Counted from the whole stretch's first letter, positions 45,173-57,832 are shown. The stretch: 62,863 bases of DNA, filler included, from Vannella sp. (GCA_023345925.1; 7 parts of 7 records of this genome joined end to end with filler, not necessarily neighbours in it); one strand, 5' to 3'. Notes: a model not told the origin generated them from the sequence alone. A program made the numbers and translations.

Positions 45173-45357
45173 CTATTTCCACACACCGCCCTCCGCATCA
45201 AGAACGAGGGAGTATTCCCATCCGCAGTCCACCTGAACTGGAGAACTGCGGACCCTTCCAAGGGATCTCCGCTGGTTGCAGTTGGTTCTTGTGACCAAGA
45301 CCGAGTTCGACTTCGCTGTTGCCTCCAAAGGCCCAAAAGCCTCCTTCGAGGGAGAGG
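45173..45357 (-). pseudogene. RCC1-repeat gene fragment with frameshift and stop
   Basis: EGGFWAFGGNSEVELGLGHKN..PQ / frameshift / PVQVDCGWEYSLVLDAEGGVWK*. Confidence 0.7.
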
Positions 45358-45457
45358 NNNNNNNNNNNNNNNNNNNNNNNNNNNNNNNNNNNNNNNNNNN
45401 NTTAATTAATTAANNNNNNNNNNNNNNNNNNNNNNNNNNNNNNNNNNNNNNNNNNNN
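45358..45457. other. Artificial contig linker
   Basis: N run + TTAATTAATTAA + N run. Confidence 0.99.
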
Positions 45458-48400
45458 CAGTCAATATAATGCTCTTGAGGGAGCTATGAGTTGCAAAATA
45501 GTCGTTGTTGATGGCTCGAAGAGAGGGAGATGCAATCATCGCCACTGGAAGAGCCAACCGGGTGAGCGTTTTCCGCAGATCTTGACCTACCTCATCAGGA
45601 CTCTTCATTTGCCTTCCGTATTGAATGATGTTGAGCACTGCAGAGGGAATTGTACCACGATGGAAGCCAGCAAAAATGGACTGGACGCTGGGAAGGCTCG
45701 TCTCTTTAAGGATGGTTTGAATCCAGATGCCGATATCCTCGCACAATTCAAGCTGGGATGGAGTCAAGACGTTCTCAGCACAGAATACCTGCTTCTCGAA
45801 GCGATTAAGAAGAGGTAAATCGAGGTTGCGATAAGCGTGGTCTTGTTCAACGACGACGATAATCTTGAAGCCGTCTGCAACATGGCATAGCTGAGAGCGA
45901 GACCCAATGGCAAGGCGGAGTAATTTGATAGTCTTTCCAGTTCGTGCGTCGGTCTTGTACAGATAGCGTTGGTTCAGTACATCGTAGAGAGCCTCGTAGA
46001 TGTTATCGTGATTGAGCAAGACCACTGTGGAGCCACTGGCCATGGCTAACTTGACTTCGTTGATTTGAGTGACCAAATGCAATTCCGTTCGGTCTTCTGG
46101 GAACTCGCTGCCAATCAGCACTGTTGTACTTGACTCATCTAAAAGCTGGGTACCAAACAAAAGCGGAAGGGCCGCACCATTCTTGGTGAGCAGCATCAAA
46201 TGTCGCGCTACTTGGTCATTCAGATTGGCGGCGACAAGATGATGGACTGCTGGTGTACTCTTAACCTTGTCCCCGGAACCGAAGCAGGTTGCCATGAAAG
46301 TGCGGAGAATAGTATTCATCAGCTCAGGCTTGCCTCCAAAGTTGCGGCATAAAGAGAACGTTAGCAAAGCAGGATTAATAGCGTTAGTCTCGGAAGCGTC
46401 CAATTCAGCACGGAGGAGCTTGACAAGGTTGTAATAGTCACGCATTCCCACGAAATCACGTCCTTCCTGCTTTGTATATATCTCATGATAGGCCTTTGCC
46501 AAAGGCAGGAGCATGGCAGATAGCTGTCGGACTGTTTTGATGTTTTCGGAAACCTCTCCAGTGAGAATGCGCTGGCCAGTCCATTGAATATCACCTTGAG
46601 AAGGCTCAGTCCGCTGGAGGCAAATAGCTCTGTTCATCTTCGCTGGGTCAAGCACCCAATTCGACAAACCAACCACTGAGATTGGCGGGTCAACCAACAT
46701 AGCGTGGAGGACCTTGAGGGGCATGTCTGGAGAATGCTCTGCAAGGCCAACTTCGTCCAATAGCAAGACTGTTATTGCGTTCTCAGCGTGTTGTTGATAG
46801 CGGACGGCCATATCGAACTGATGTTGGATAGAGTGGGAGTCAGACATTGGGGAACATTGATACTGGAAGATATAGATGGCAGGGAACTGGCGCCAGAAAG
46901 CAACTTCACTCTGTTTACCTTGCAAGTTGGAGGCAATGACCTGCATTGTGAGCGTTTTGCTGCTTCCTGGTTTGCCAACCAAAAAGACGGGAATCTTGTT
47001 CAGAATGCAGATGATTGTGACGAACAAGTTCTCCATTAACGCTTGGTTCATGGCAATACCGTCCTCCACCTTAACCCGACTGCAGAAACGAGACTGAACA
47101 GATAAAAGGAGCTTTTCAAATCCTCCTCTCTTGCTCAAAGCTCCAAAACCATGTTCCTTCGCCCTTCGGCCTAGAGAATTGACCCCTCTGATCTCCGACC
47201 AATAGTTCTCACGGTCTTTTGCCTTTGCAAGCCGATAATAGTACACAAAGGCAAGGGCGAGGACCACAGAAGCAGCAAGTGGAGAAATCGACGACACTTT
47301 CTTCGAGGTGCCAGCTGTTTCAGATTTCTTTGTTACCTTGCTAAAGAACTCCACCAAATTCAAGCAGCGGCGAACATCCCGGAGACTAGTAGAGCTAGCT
47401 TCCTGCTCAACCTCCCGAATGAACTCTTGCGAGGCAGAGATCATGTCAGTAATGACTGCTCGAATGATCTCAATCTCTCCTGGGAACTTGCTGCTGACCA
47501 TAGAAGAGATATAAAGCGCCTCTTTTTCGGGCGTGAGAGACCCAAAGTCGAAGATAAAGTCTCTGAGAGTGTGAGGAATGGGGTGCACTCGATAAACTAG
47601 CTGGGCCATTGGGTCCACAGTGCTGTTAGCACCGTGCAGTTGATACACCAGTCCCGGCATGGCCTCTCGAATAGGGCGACGGCGATAGGGATTCAACGCT
47701 GCCAACACATGAATACCATTCGGCAAGGGGCGCCCACGGACAGAGCGGTGGCTGATAATCTCGTTCATCAGAGCCATGTGGGAGCACGTATTGATCTCAT
47801 CCAGGAAGATAAAAACGTTCTTGCATTCGCCCTTCTCAAGAGTGAGAACGGCTTCATCAACAATGCCAATGATATCTGCTTCTGAAGTTCCTCCGTGTAC
47901 GTCTAGAACAAGGAGGCGCACTCCCATCCAGGCACAAAGATATTTGATGAGCATTGTCTTACCGCAACCACATTCTCCCATGAGCACTACGGGGACGCCA
48001 CATCGAAGCCGAGCGAAGATTGCCAGCATCTTGAGAAGACTGTCGCCAGTCAAACAGTATTTACCATCGAGAAGAGCAGCGCCTTGCTTCGCCGTTCGCT
48101 TCACCTCGGTTAGACTGGTGAGGATGTCGTAGAACTTGTTAGAGAGAACGTCAAGATCTTCACCAACATTGATTCGGTTCTGTTGCAAGTGATTCAGTAA
48201 ACCTGGGTGCATTCTCGCCCGCATCTTCTTTGGATCCAGGGAAAGGAAGCGGACTACATGTTGGTCGTTGGAGAAGAGGAGGCATTCATGATTGGAATCA
48301 TTCCACTTGATGGTGTTGTCCCAGATAGCTGCCATTGCATCAAAGTCTGCTGCATCAGCATTCACGGGTACTTCTTGAGATTCCTCCTGTTCGTCTTGTG

Positions 48401-51400
48401 AAGGGTTGGATAACTCCTTAGCCAGTGTAGCAAGGTAGCGAGGGTCACTAGTGATCTTTTGATAATCGTACCTAGTGAAGATTGTAGTGTTCATCTTGGT
48501 CTCCCTGATATCAGGAGGAATCGTCCTCCAAGCCCCAGAAAGGTCGTTTGTAGCGCTGAGAGCAAAGGCTCCTTCCTCGTTTGTACAAACTGGGCAAATC
48601 TGCCAGACTTCTTCAATGTTACTCCAGAATAGATGGCGGCGGTAAGTGCCTTTGTCCATGATATAGTGAGGATGCCCGTGGATGTCGTCATAAGGAGGTT
48701 GGCGCAAGTAAGTTCCATTCTCAGCCTCTCCCTCAATTTTAGACTTGATGTTATTGACTATCACAGCCTCTCCATTGTACCCTTGATTCAGCTTTACTGC
48801 TATCACCCTTGCAGCTCGACAAATCTCCCAATCTGGTGAGGAAAACCACTCCCCAGGGAGGACTGGGCCCCGATTGGAAGTGAAAGTTGATCCCGTCGGC
48901 TCTAGAATATCGTCCATAACCCAATTGTTGGTTTTCTCTCGATAGTAGAGGTAAAGAGGGCAGGATCCGTTCATCTTTTGGTAGCAGGGCTTTCCATCAT
49001 TGTCAAACTCCAGGCGGGTCCAGAATCCATTGAACTCGTAGCGAGTCATTCCCTCCACTTTGATGGAAGCAATACGGTCAGGATCCTCGATGCTTTGTTG
49101 TCGCGTTGCGAACTCTCGGGCTGTTCGAATAAGGAACTGGACAACTTCACCTTTGAGTTTGGCCTTTCCAGCTTCGTCATCTTGTCGGTCAGAATACTGG
49201 TCCGGCATGCAAGCACAGTTAATGGGCGAGTCTGGTGAATGCATATCTCGCAGTTGCCAATAGAACACATTCACAAAGTTCCAAATGCACCAAAGGGATC
49301 GATTGGAGTCCATTATATTGATGGCGTCCACAAGAAGTCCAAATCCTCGGGCGGGAGGAACTTCTTTTGTCTCCATTGGGTCCAGGAGAATCATTCCAGA
49401 TGCTCTTGTCGAGAGTTGAAGGACCATATCAAGCGAACCAGAACTTTCGTCAACATAGGGGAATCGTCCATTGTTGTCCTCAAGAATCTTCAAAGCCATT
49501 GTCACATAACGCAAGCGGGCAAAGGCATTAGCAGGAAGGTGACCACTGTCGCGGCTTATTGCAGTTCCATCAAAGCGAGCCGACTCAAAAGCCTCTTTAC
49601 CCATTCCAGCTAGGAGGTCCTTGTAAGCTGTCTTGAACTGGTCTGCATTCACTTCACACAATCTTTGAGGCAAAAACTGGGCTAAAGGGACCGATTGAAA
49701 CACGGAAGTGGGAAACTCAAAGGCAAGCGATGTTTTCTCCGGATCCCAGAAGTACTGGCGACCTGAAGAGGAGTCATATAGCCCTCCTAAGAAGATCAGG
49801 TTAAACAGAATGCTGCTCAACTCGCTCCGAACACTATCTGCCACGTCAAAGTGGAGAGTGAGATAGTCTTCACATTCAACGATTCGAGAATTCCTGCTCA
49901 ACTCCTCCAACACAGTAGTGGAAGAGTGAATAGGGAAATGGACATACTCTGTCAAGTTTTCTACGGCAAAGCGGCGGATAGAGAAGGTTTTACCACAACC
50001 AGCGTGTCTGCCTGTGAAACAGAAGACGCCTTTGGAATAGGTCTCCGTTGCTTTTGCACAGAATAGCTTGAGGGTCTCTGAAGGGAGTGCTGCCATCCCA
50101 CTCCTACAATGAGAGAACTGATTGACGAGATACTGGTTGTCTGAGCGACCACTGACAATCAAGAACGGATTCTTAGCAACATTCAAAACATCTCGTATTG
50201 CAGTAACAAGACGGCGTTGTAACTCAGGAGTCAACATCTCAATCGATCCCATGCAGAATAGACAATCAGAACGCCCATAAGCTGCAGCACCACTCCAACG
50301 GAGGACAAGATTCGAGATTTCTTCCCAAGAAGAGTTACGATGGCAGATGTAGACATTCGCAAATTCAGGAAGGCAACCAACTCGCGCAAAGGCAGATAAT
50401 ATGTGATCATACACCCGTTCTGGAGACTCAGCACAGACAAGCTGCAGACCGCAGGAAGTTTGATTAGCTATGTCGAACTCTTCAACAATCACTGGTCGTC
50501 TACGAGCAGGGATAGACTTGAGTGCCTCTGTAAGAGCGCTGCAGCATAATTGAAGAGTTTCCTCACTCGTTCGACAAGCTCCAACTTTGCTTTGGGACCA
50601 AACGGACTTCAAGGAAGCAATAAACTCATCCAGTTGAGAAGGATCGGACGCCGAGTCGAGGTTCACACAAGAAAGAAGACGAGATAACTCGCGCTCTTCC
50701 TCTTCGAGATCAACTGATGATGCAGGGTGGTCTAGTACTTCAGCCATCAGCCAAATGTGCTTCAGCCCGAAGAAGTTGAGGAAATACTGCGAAGCCCGCT
50801 CTCTCTTGACGAAATCCACCCAATTATGCAAGACTTCTGCCTTTTGAGTTGCGCAAATCCGTATCTCCTCTGCAGGACAGCTGAAAGAAAACTCGAAGGC
50901 GAAGCTCCTGTATCCGAAGTGTCCTACAGCGTGGAGTTGAGAGAGATTGTACCAAAGCTGCTTCATCCAGCCTAGTTGTTGTACAAAGCTGTCAATAGGT
51001 ACTTTGTACTTGTCTTGGCGGATGTCGGTGGCACTCAATACGACAGTGGATTGGAAGTCCATTAGCTCTGCAAGGTTTTGGCGCTTCTTTTCCTTCTGGT
51101 CTTTGCGGATGATCTCCCATTCCAACCAAATTTGACCCACTCCCTGGAAAGCCTCCGTTCTTTCTCCCAAAATGGCTTCATCGAAAGTGTTACTGCAATG
51201 CCAGGTGGCCTGCTTTTCAGGCTGGAGAAGATTGAGGAGTCGGTCAGGGGCAGCTTGGCTTTTGTTATCATCAAGCAGCTCGATAAGTGAGCCAGTAAAT
51301 TCCGATGAGATGAGGAGGCACTGAAGTACGTTCTCGTCCCATGCGCGTAACTCTCTGAGCATGAAGAAGAGATCCTCCAAACATTCAACAAGAATGCGAG

Positions 51401-53654
51401 GGCGATAAATGATGGAGTACAAGTAACTGCGGACAGTAGTGACCATAGAGAGCTTCTCTTCTGACACCCGCCCTGGTTTCCCCGGTTCTTCTTCCCACAG
51501 GGAAGGTGGGCACTCCATCTCATTCTTGCCCATCGCCATCTCGACACTGCTAGTAAAGTCTCTGTCATTGTCCATGGTTCTGAGCCAATCTAATAAGCCA
51601 CTACACTTGGGAATAGTATCAAAGAGATCCGGACTTGTCCGCAAAACCGCCAAATCCACAAAAGCGGCATCCTTCTCGAAAAGGCTGTACTGTTCCAAAG
51701 TCAGGGTATCCCACTCTACCTTAGAAAAGATCTGTCGAAGGTTACTAAGGCTTTTCCTAACTTGGTCAAGTTGATCGACTGCTTCTGGAGCAAGGAAGTG
51801 ATCAAGGCTCCCTGCAACTCTCTCAGCTGCCTCTTGTTTGTCGTGAATTTCTTCGAGGTGGAGCCATTGTTTGATTTGGCTTCCCAAGTTATTGAGCAGC
51901 TCCAAATCTAAGGATGTTGAGACAGTCCACTCTCCGCCTCCTGGAGCGTCAGGTGCCAAAGAAAAGCCTCTGCCACCAACAAAAAGGGCGGCTCGCTCTT
52001 TTCTTAATGAAAGGAAAGGAGCTACAAGATGTAAATCCTTAAATGTCGCAGACTGATCCATTAAGCTGTCGTAAATGGACTTGATATGCTGAGAAATGGA
52101 GAGAATTCTCTCGGCAGGTGCAAGATGTTCTGCTTCGAACCAGAAATGTAGGAAGAGCTTACTTTTTGACATGACTCTGAGCCAGTCAGCTGCTTTGGTG
52201 AGAGCCAAGGGTAACGCAGGAGTCTCCATCTCTAAGAGAAACTCTTGGTGCTTCTCGTTGTTTTGGAGGTTGAAAAACGTGCGAACCTGAGGAGGAGTGT
52301 AGTTGGTATAACTTGACTCAAATCGAATTAGACTCTCGAGAAGGGCTGTCTTGGGGAAAAGCACGTTATAAAGTTCCTTGTATCGGTCAATTCGACTCGC
52401 AATAGCCTCGCACTCATCTTTGAGGGACATAATCTTACTATACGGCTCCTGCAGCTCCAAGTCAATCCAACACTGCTCAAAGTAAGAGTTTGGCAGTCGG
52501 AAAGTGAAGAGAAACTCAATCTTGCAGTTCTGCTCTTCAATACGGGAAACCATGTTTTGGAATGCGGTTGAAATCATGCTTGCATAGGCACTGAACTGTC
52601 TCCATCTCTCTTCAGAAGGAAACTGAAGTACAGGTTTTGGTAATGGAGCACCAGTTTTGTTCTCCCTGTACAATTTCATGGCCTCTCGATATTGTGACTC
52701 TGCAATAGGTCTAAAGGCTTCCTGCACGCTGTAATACTGTAAGAAGGCGAACCAAGATATTGGATCGTTCTTTTGAAGAGCAGGGAGAGTAGGCCTGGTA
52801 GGGTCATGGCAGAAAGTCTCCAGAAACGTTTTGACGAACTTTCCTGTGCCTCGTTCGGAAGAAGCGTTCACTGTCGTGATAAGATCAAACATGATGTCAC
52901 GCACCAAGTCACGGTGCCAAGAAGCCATCGAAACAACCTGAGATACGGACAAATAACGTTGATTGGGGAAGAGAATCTCCAACAGAGCTTTTGGTCGCAG
53001 AGACTCTGCAGCTAGTCGCAGGCATCGGAATAGGATGCGAGAGACATCTGGAGACGCGGAGGAAACTGCACTATGGATAGTAGTGAAGCTCTTGAGAGCT
53101 TGGGTGGTGTTGCGTTCGAGGCACATGTTCTCGAAGAATACTTGGACACTCCACTCCCATGCCAGTCCATAGTCTCTACCCTTAGCGCGTTCTTCATTTG
53201 AGAACCACTCGATGGCCAAGCGCATGTTCTCGCAGAAGACAGCGGCTTCTGTCGAGTTCTTGATGAACTGGGTGCTTGGGGAAGGAGTTACCGCATCCAA
53301 CCAATAGACAACCGCACGTCGAAGGTCTCCCGTGTTCTCTCGGTCAAGAGAGAACTGCTTTGGAGCCAGGAGAAGAGAGAGAAGGGCCGTAGCCTCTCGG
53401 CAGATGGGAGTCACTTCGAGCTTTCGGAAAAGGAGACAGGTGATCTCCTCGCTGATGATATCTGTTGAATGGATCTTGTGCAAAGCAGCAAAGGTGTTTA
53501 AGCACTCTCGCTCATCCACCAGCGCTTCCAATCGCATCTTCCTCACCAGCTCCGTCCTCACTTTGTTGTTCACGCCAGCAGCCGAGCGCTGTACAATGAC
53601 CCCACCAAGCATATGTAAGGGGGTGGTGCGGATCCTCTGAGTCAGTGTCTCCAT
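45458..53654 (-). CDS. RNF213/mysterin-like giant AAA+ ATPase (3' truncated by contig end)
   Basis: >2700 aa uninterrupted ORF; PVVLMGECGCGKT, FLDEINT, LVYRVHPIP, SLRDVRRC, IPVFLVGKPGSSKT, LLDEVGLAEHSPDMPLKVLH, GLSNWVLDPAKMNRA, LYDVLNQ, PLLNRFEKQ. Confidence 0.93.
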
Positions 53655-53846
53655 TCTCTAAACAAATGAACACCGCAAGAGAGAGGCGAACCCGACCAAC
53701 GCGGGGCAAGAAAATAATCAGAATGCCCTTCTTCTGCCTCTTTTCTCATTTCCAAACCTGACTCTATCCTGAAAAGAAAAAGGGTGAGAGAAGTCACGAG
53801 TGGCGAGGGCATTTCCCCTTGTTTGGGTCAGCAGACAAAAAAACGG

Positions 53847-53897
53847 AAAAATGAAATCAGTCCAAAATCTTATCCTGAAGAGATGGAGGTCACCAGG
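53847..53897 (+). repeat. Repeat family B, copy 1
   Basis: 47/51 identity to 56539-56589. Confidence 0.88.
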
Positions 53898-54059
53898 GCA
53901 AGCTACGGAAATATCATCTACCCTGTTTCCCTTTACTCGTGGATTTTCTAAAAAGTACCTCGCTTAAAACACATAAAAAGTTCATTCGTGAGGGCAACCT
54001 GAAACAACTTTTCTGGTATTCGAGAGGGGCTGCATTTATTGGGAGTTTATTGTTTGGCG

Positions 54060-55484
54060 ATGGCGACGGAGCAGGTTGCTAAGACTTTTGCAGAGCTTGG
54101 TGTTTCGGAGGTGTTGTGCGAAGCATGCGACAGTTTAAACTTTAAGGCTCCCACGGACATCCAACGGGAAGCGATTCCGCACGCCTTGGAGGGGCGAGAC
54201 ATCATCGGTCTTGCCCAGACTGGATCTGGTAAAACTGCTGCCTTTGCACTTCCCATCCTTCAGAGCCTCTTGAAGACACCAAGGGGTCTCTTTGCATGTG
54301 TTATTGCACCCACACGAGAGCTTGCCATCCAAATCCGCGATCAGTTCGAAGCGCTTGGTGCAGGTATCGGGATCAAGTGTGTTGTGCTCATTGGTGGTGT
54401 GGATACGATGGCTCAGGCCATCACATTAGGCAAGAAGCCGCACGTTATCATTGGTGAGTCCACAACCCGCTGATCAGTGATCCTTCACTCACACTCCCTC
54501 TCTAGGAACTCCTGGGCGCATCGTCTATCATATGGAGAACACCAAAGGCTTCACTCTCAAGCACCTTCAATACCTGGTCCTTGATGAAGCCGACAAACTG
54601 CTTGAGCTGGACTTCGAAGATGAAATCAACCAGATCCTTGATGAATGCCCCAAACAGCGCAATACTTACCTGTACTCAGCAACGATGACATCGAAAGTAA
54701 GCGTTATGGCTTATCAGACTGGCGAGGTTCTCACATCCACGGCTTCTTGAAGGTAAAGAAGCTTCAAAGAGCCTCGCTTAACTCTCCTGTGAAGGTGGAG
54801 GTCAGCTCAAAGTACTCCACCGTTGACACTCTACAACAGCAGTATCTATTCATACCATCCAAGTTCAAGGACTGCTATGCAGCCTTCATCCTGAACGAGT
54901 TTGCAGGAAACTCGATTATCGTCTTCACTACGACATGCAACACTTGCATGAAGCTGTCTCTGATGCTTCGTAACCTTGGGTTTGGTGCTGTCCCTCTTCA
55001 TGGCAAGCTGACACAGCCCAAGCGCATTGCAGCATTGAACAAGTTCAAGACCGGTGAAAGGAAGATCCTTATCGCTACGGACGTCGCCAGTCGTGGCCTT
55101 GACATTCCCTCAGTAGATCTGGTGATCAACTACGATATCCCTGCCAACTCCAAAGACTACGTACACCGAGTTGGACGAACAGCACGCGCAGGAAGGGCGG
55201 GCAGGTCTTTGGTGCTCGTCACACAGTACGATGTCGAGCAGTTCCAGAAGATTGAGAAGTCGATAGGTCTGAAGATGAAGGTGTATCCAACAGAGGAGCA
55301 AATGGTGCTGATCATGCTCGATCGTGTCTCTGAAGCTCAACGGATTGCCATCAAGGAGATGAAGGATGGAGCTTCCAACGAGTCTGATGCGACGGCCACG
55401 GGTAAGAGGAAGAGAGAAGATGGTGAGAGCTCCGATCGAGGAGGTAAACACAGACGAGGAGCGAAGCGAGGGCGCGGAAAGTAG
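54060..55484 (+). CDS. DDX47: DEAD-box RNA helicase DDX47/Rrp3
   Basis: [39 protein letters not shown]; two short introns. Confidence 0.95.
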
Positions 55485-55574
55485 CTCAGACCCAGGGAAT
55501 CCCTTCCTAAATATCTCCTTTCCGTCCCTCACTCCTTCTGGCTCATTCTTAGGCCACGGTATCTTGGGGACTGA

Positions 55575-55640
55575 TCGAATTTAGAGGTACTTTTCAACCG
55601 TGGCCAGAGGACGTGGTTTAGTGGGGCCGTGAACTCTCTC
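55575..55640 (-). repeat. Dispersed repeat family A, copy 3, abutting a (CT)n tract
   Basis: Matches 17080-17127 and 29730-29795; lies between the convergent DDX47 and RPE 3' ends. Confidence 0.85.
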
Positions 55641-55695
55641 TCTCTCTCTCTTCTTGAGATGGGAACAATCCAATTTATTAAAGGGTGATTCTTGC

Positions 55696-56526
55696 TCAAA
55701 TAGCGTGGTCCCCAGTACCTTGATGCTCCGCGCTAGAACGAAGAGTCTTGATCATATCGCTTGGCTCCGTGGCCTTGAAAATGGTCGTCCCACTCACAAA
55801 AACGTTGGCACCCGCCTTAGCTGCAGTCAGAATCGTCCTTTCATCGATTCCACCATCTACTTGAATGTTCACATTAGGGAACGCACTGCGGAGATCCTTG
55901 TCAAGAGTCAGGGATCTTCAAATAGGAAATTCCCAACGCACCCGAACTTTCTCCATCATGTCTTCCATGAAGGACTGACCTCCAAAGCCCGGCTCCACTG
56001 TCATGACGCAAACGAGGTCAACTAGATGCAGTTCCACCAAGGACTTGATCTGGTCGATGCTCGTCTTGGGCTTGATGGCGATTCCTGGGACCATGCCTGC
56101 AGCCCTGATCTCCCGCATGGTCTCTTCTACTTCTCCTTCGGAGAGAGCTTCGATGTGGATGGTATAACCAGACGCTCCAGCATCTGCGAAGTCTTTGATC
56201 CACTTTCGAGGTTCGGAGACCATCAAATGGCAGTCTAGATAGACCACCTCCCCCACAGCCTTACGCAGCCACTTAACAACCGTAGCACCAATCGTCAGAT
56301 TGGGTACAAAGTGACTGGAAGCCATCAGAAGGACACACGAACGACTGCTCCCGACTCACCCGTCCTATTCTCCGTCAACAACGCTCCTCCCGAAGTAGAA
56401 CCGACTCACCATCACGTCCACATGTAGCCAATCAGCACCACAACTCACCATCCTGTTCGCTTCCTCCCCCAACCGAGAAAAGTCACTCGAAAGGATCGAA
56501 GGCGCGATCTTAATAACCGGCGCCAT
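55696..56526 (-). CDS. RPE: Ribulose-phosphate 3-epimerase (multi-exon)
   Basis: [49 protein letters not shown]. Confidence 0.95.
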
Positions 56527-56538
56527 CACAGCAAATGA

Positions 56539-56589
56539 AAAAATGAAATCAGTTCAAAAGCTCATCCTGAAGAGATGGAGGTCATCAGG
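56539..56589 (+). repeat. Repeat family B, copy 2 (truncated by contig end)
   Basis: 47/51 identity to 53847-53897. Confidence 0.88.
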
Positions 56590-56689
56590 NNNNNNNNNNN
56601 NNNNNNNNNNNNNNNNNNNNNNNNNNNNNNNNNTTAATTAATTAANNNNNNNNNNNNNNNNNNNNNNNNNNNNNNNNNNNNNNNNNNNN
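56590..56689. other. Artificial contig linker
   Basis: N run + TTAATTAATTAA + N run. Confidence 0.99.
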
Positions 56690-56703
56690 GGTTTAGGGTT
56701 TAG
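56690..56703 (+). repeat. TTTAGGG telomere-like repeat at contig start
   Basis: GGTTTAGGGTTTAG; only two units visible. Confidence 0.5.
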
Positions 56704-56772
56704 TTCAAGACGGCTCTTCTACCCATTCTGAGTTATTTTATAAAGTCTTCAATTCCAAAAGCTTTAGCTTTA

Positions 56773-57636
56773 TTAAAAGTCGAAAGGATCATCGGCTTGA
56801 GATCCAAGCTTGGGTATTCCCGCAAAGGCGTAAAGCTCGGTCCTTTCCTCCTCCCACAGAGACCTGTTGGTCTGTAGTTCCCCCTCAGCCACCGAAATAG
56901 TAATAGTACCGACCTGGTGGTGAGTTGTCGCGAACACGTGGTCGTCAGAGACCATTCGTTGTCTCAAAAGCTCAACTGGCGGGCGGGCGATTGTCCAGGA
57001 GATGCTGATCTCCCTTCCGTTGCACGTTATAGATCCGGAGCACGTTGGAATCCTCAAGAGCCAAATAAACACAGTTTGAGCGCCCTCTACTATCCAATAG
57101 GGGCACAGCGGCTTGGAGCTTACCACCTTCCACCTCTGAGCTGAAAGGGAAGGAGAAGTTGTTGTTGGTGGGCCATCCAACCGAGGGGCCTTAGGCATTG
57201 GAGCAGGAGAGGTACTCTTGAGTGGCTTACGCCTTCCAAGGCGAGCAGGAGTTTCTGTTTCCACAGGAGTTGGCTCCTCCTTCTCTTCATCTTCTTCTTC
57301 AGACTCGCGCAACTCCTCCTCATCTCCACTTGATTCTCGATTGGCTTTTGCAGCCTGTCGAGCCTTCCTCCAGTCCTTCGCAGTCCTCACTGGATGAACA
57401 TTAGGGACCTATACACAATTCTTTGAAGGTCACCTACCTGGTATGTTCTCCAACAGGTTGTTGGACTTCATAGACCCAATCTTGTTTTGAACCTTGTGCT
57501 TCTTGACAGTATTCCAACCCAAAGCTTTACAAGCCGCTGTAGCAGTTGTGAAACCTTTCTTGTAAGCGGCCTTCAAAGCTCCCACCGACTCCTCGGACCA
57601 GTGCAGCTTTCCGTCAATTTCCATGGGCTCACTCAT
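56773..57636 (-). CDS. Myb/SANT-like HTH protein with acidic linker and beta-rich C-terminal domain (2 exons)
   Basis: HWSEESVGALKAAY..ACKALGW...KVQNKI (Myb/HTH-like); GT-AG intron at ~57391-57436 joins the two ORFs. Confidence 0.6.
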
Positions 57637-57639
57637 CGC

Positions 57640-57683
57640 CGCAGGTACCTGCAGTGCGATGGGGTTAACTGCAGGTACCTGCG
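57640..57683. repeat. Perfect 16 bp inverted repeat whose arms contain a 12 bp palindrome
   Basis: CGCAGGTACCTGCAGT (57640-57655) ... ACTGCAGGTACCTGCG (57668-57683). Confidence 0.9.
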
Positions 57684-57723
57684 ATCAACTGCCATGCATT
57701 TATAGGAGATATTTGTAATTTTG

Positions 57724-57757
57724 ATTGGCTTCAATCAAAATAAAGCCCTCTGATTGG
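57724..57757 (-). promoter_or_regulatory. Two CCAAT boxes in the divergent promoter
   Basis: ATTGG at 57724 and 57753; the same motif lies just upstream of the Kazal gene (~23383) and the coiled-coil gene (~45035). Confidence 0.4.
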
Positions 57758-57832
57758 ATATATTGTGACCAAAAAAGGAATTTTCTGTGAAAATGGGATC
57801 AGAATGCTCCCTGCAGCTCCAAAGAATGGATT

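Noticed and set aside
16980..56689. Six recurring TTAATTAATTAA motifs within N runs
   Set aside because: Artificial concatenation linkers, not biological repeats; cross-linker adjacency is meaningless
56690..56712. GGGTTTAGTTCAAGAC as the left TIR of the Harbinger-like element
   Set aside because: No reverse-complement partner found downstream on the contig
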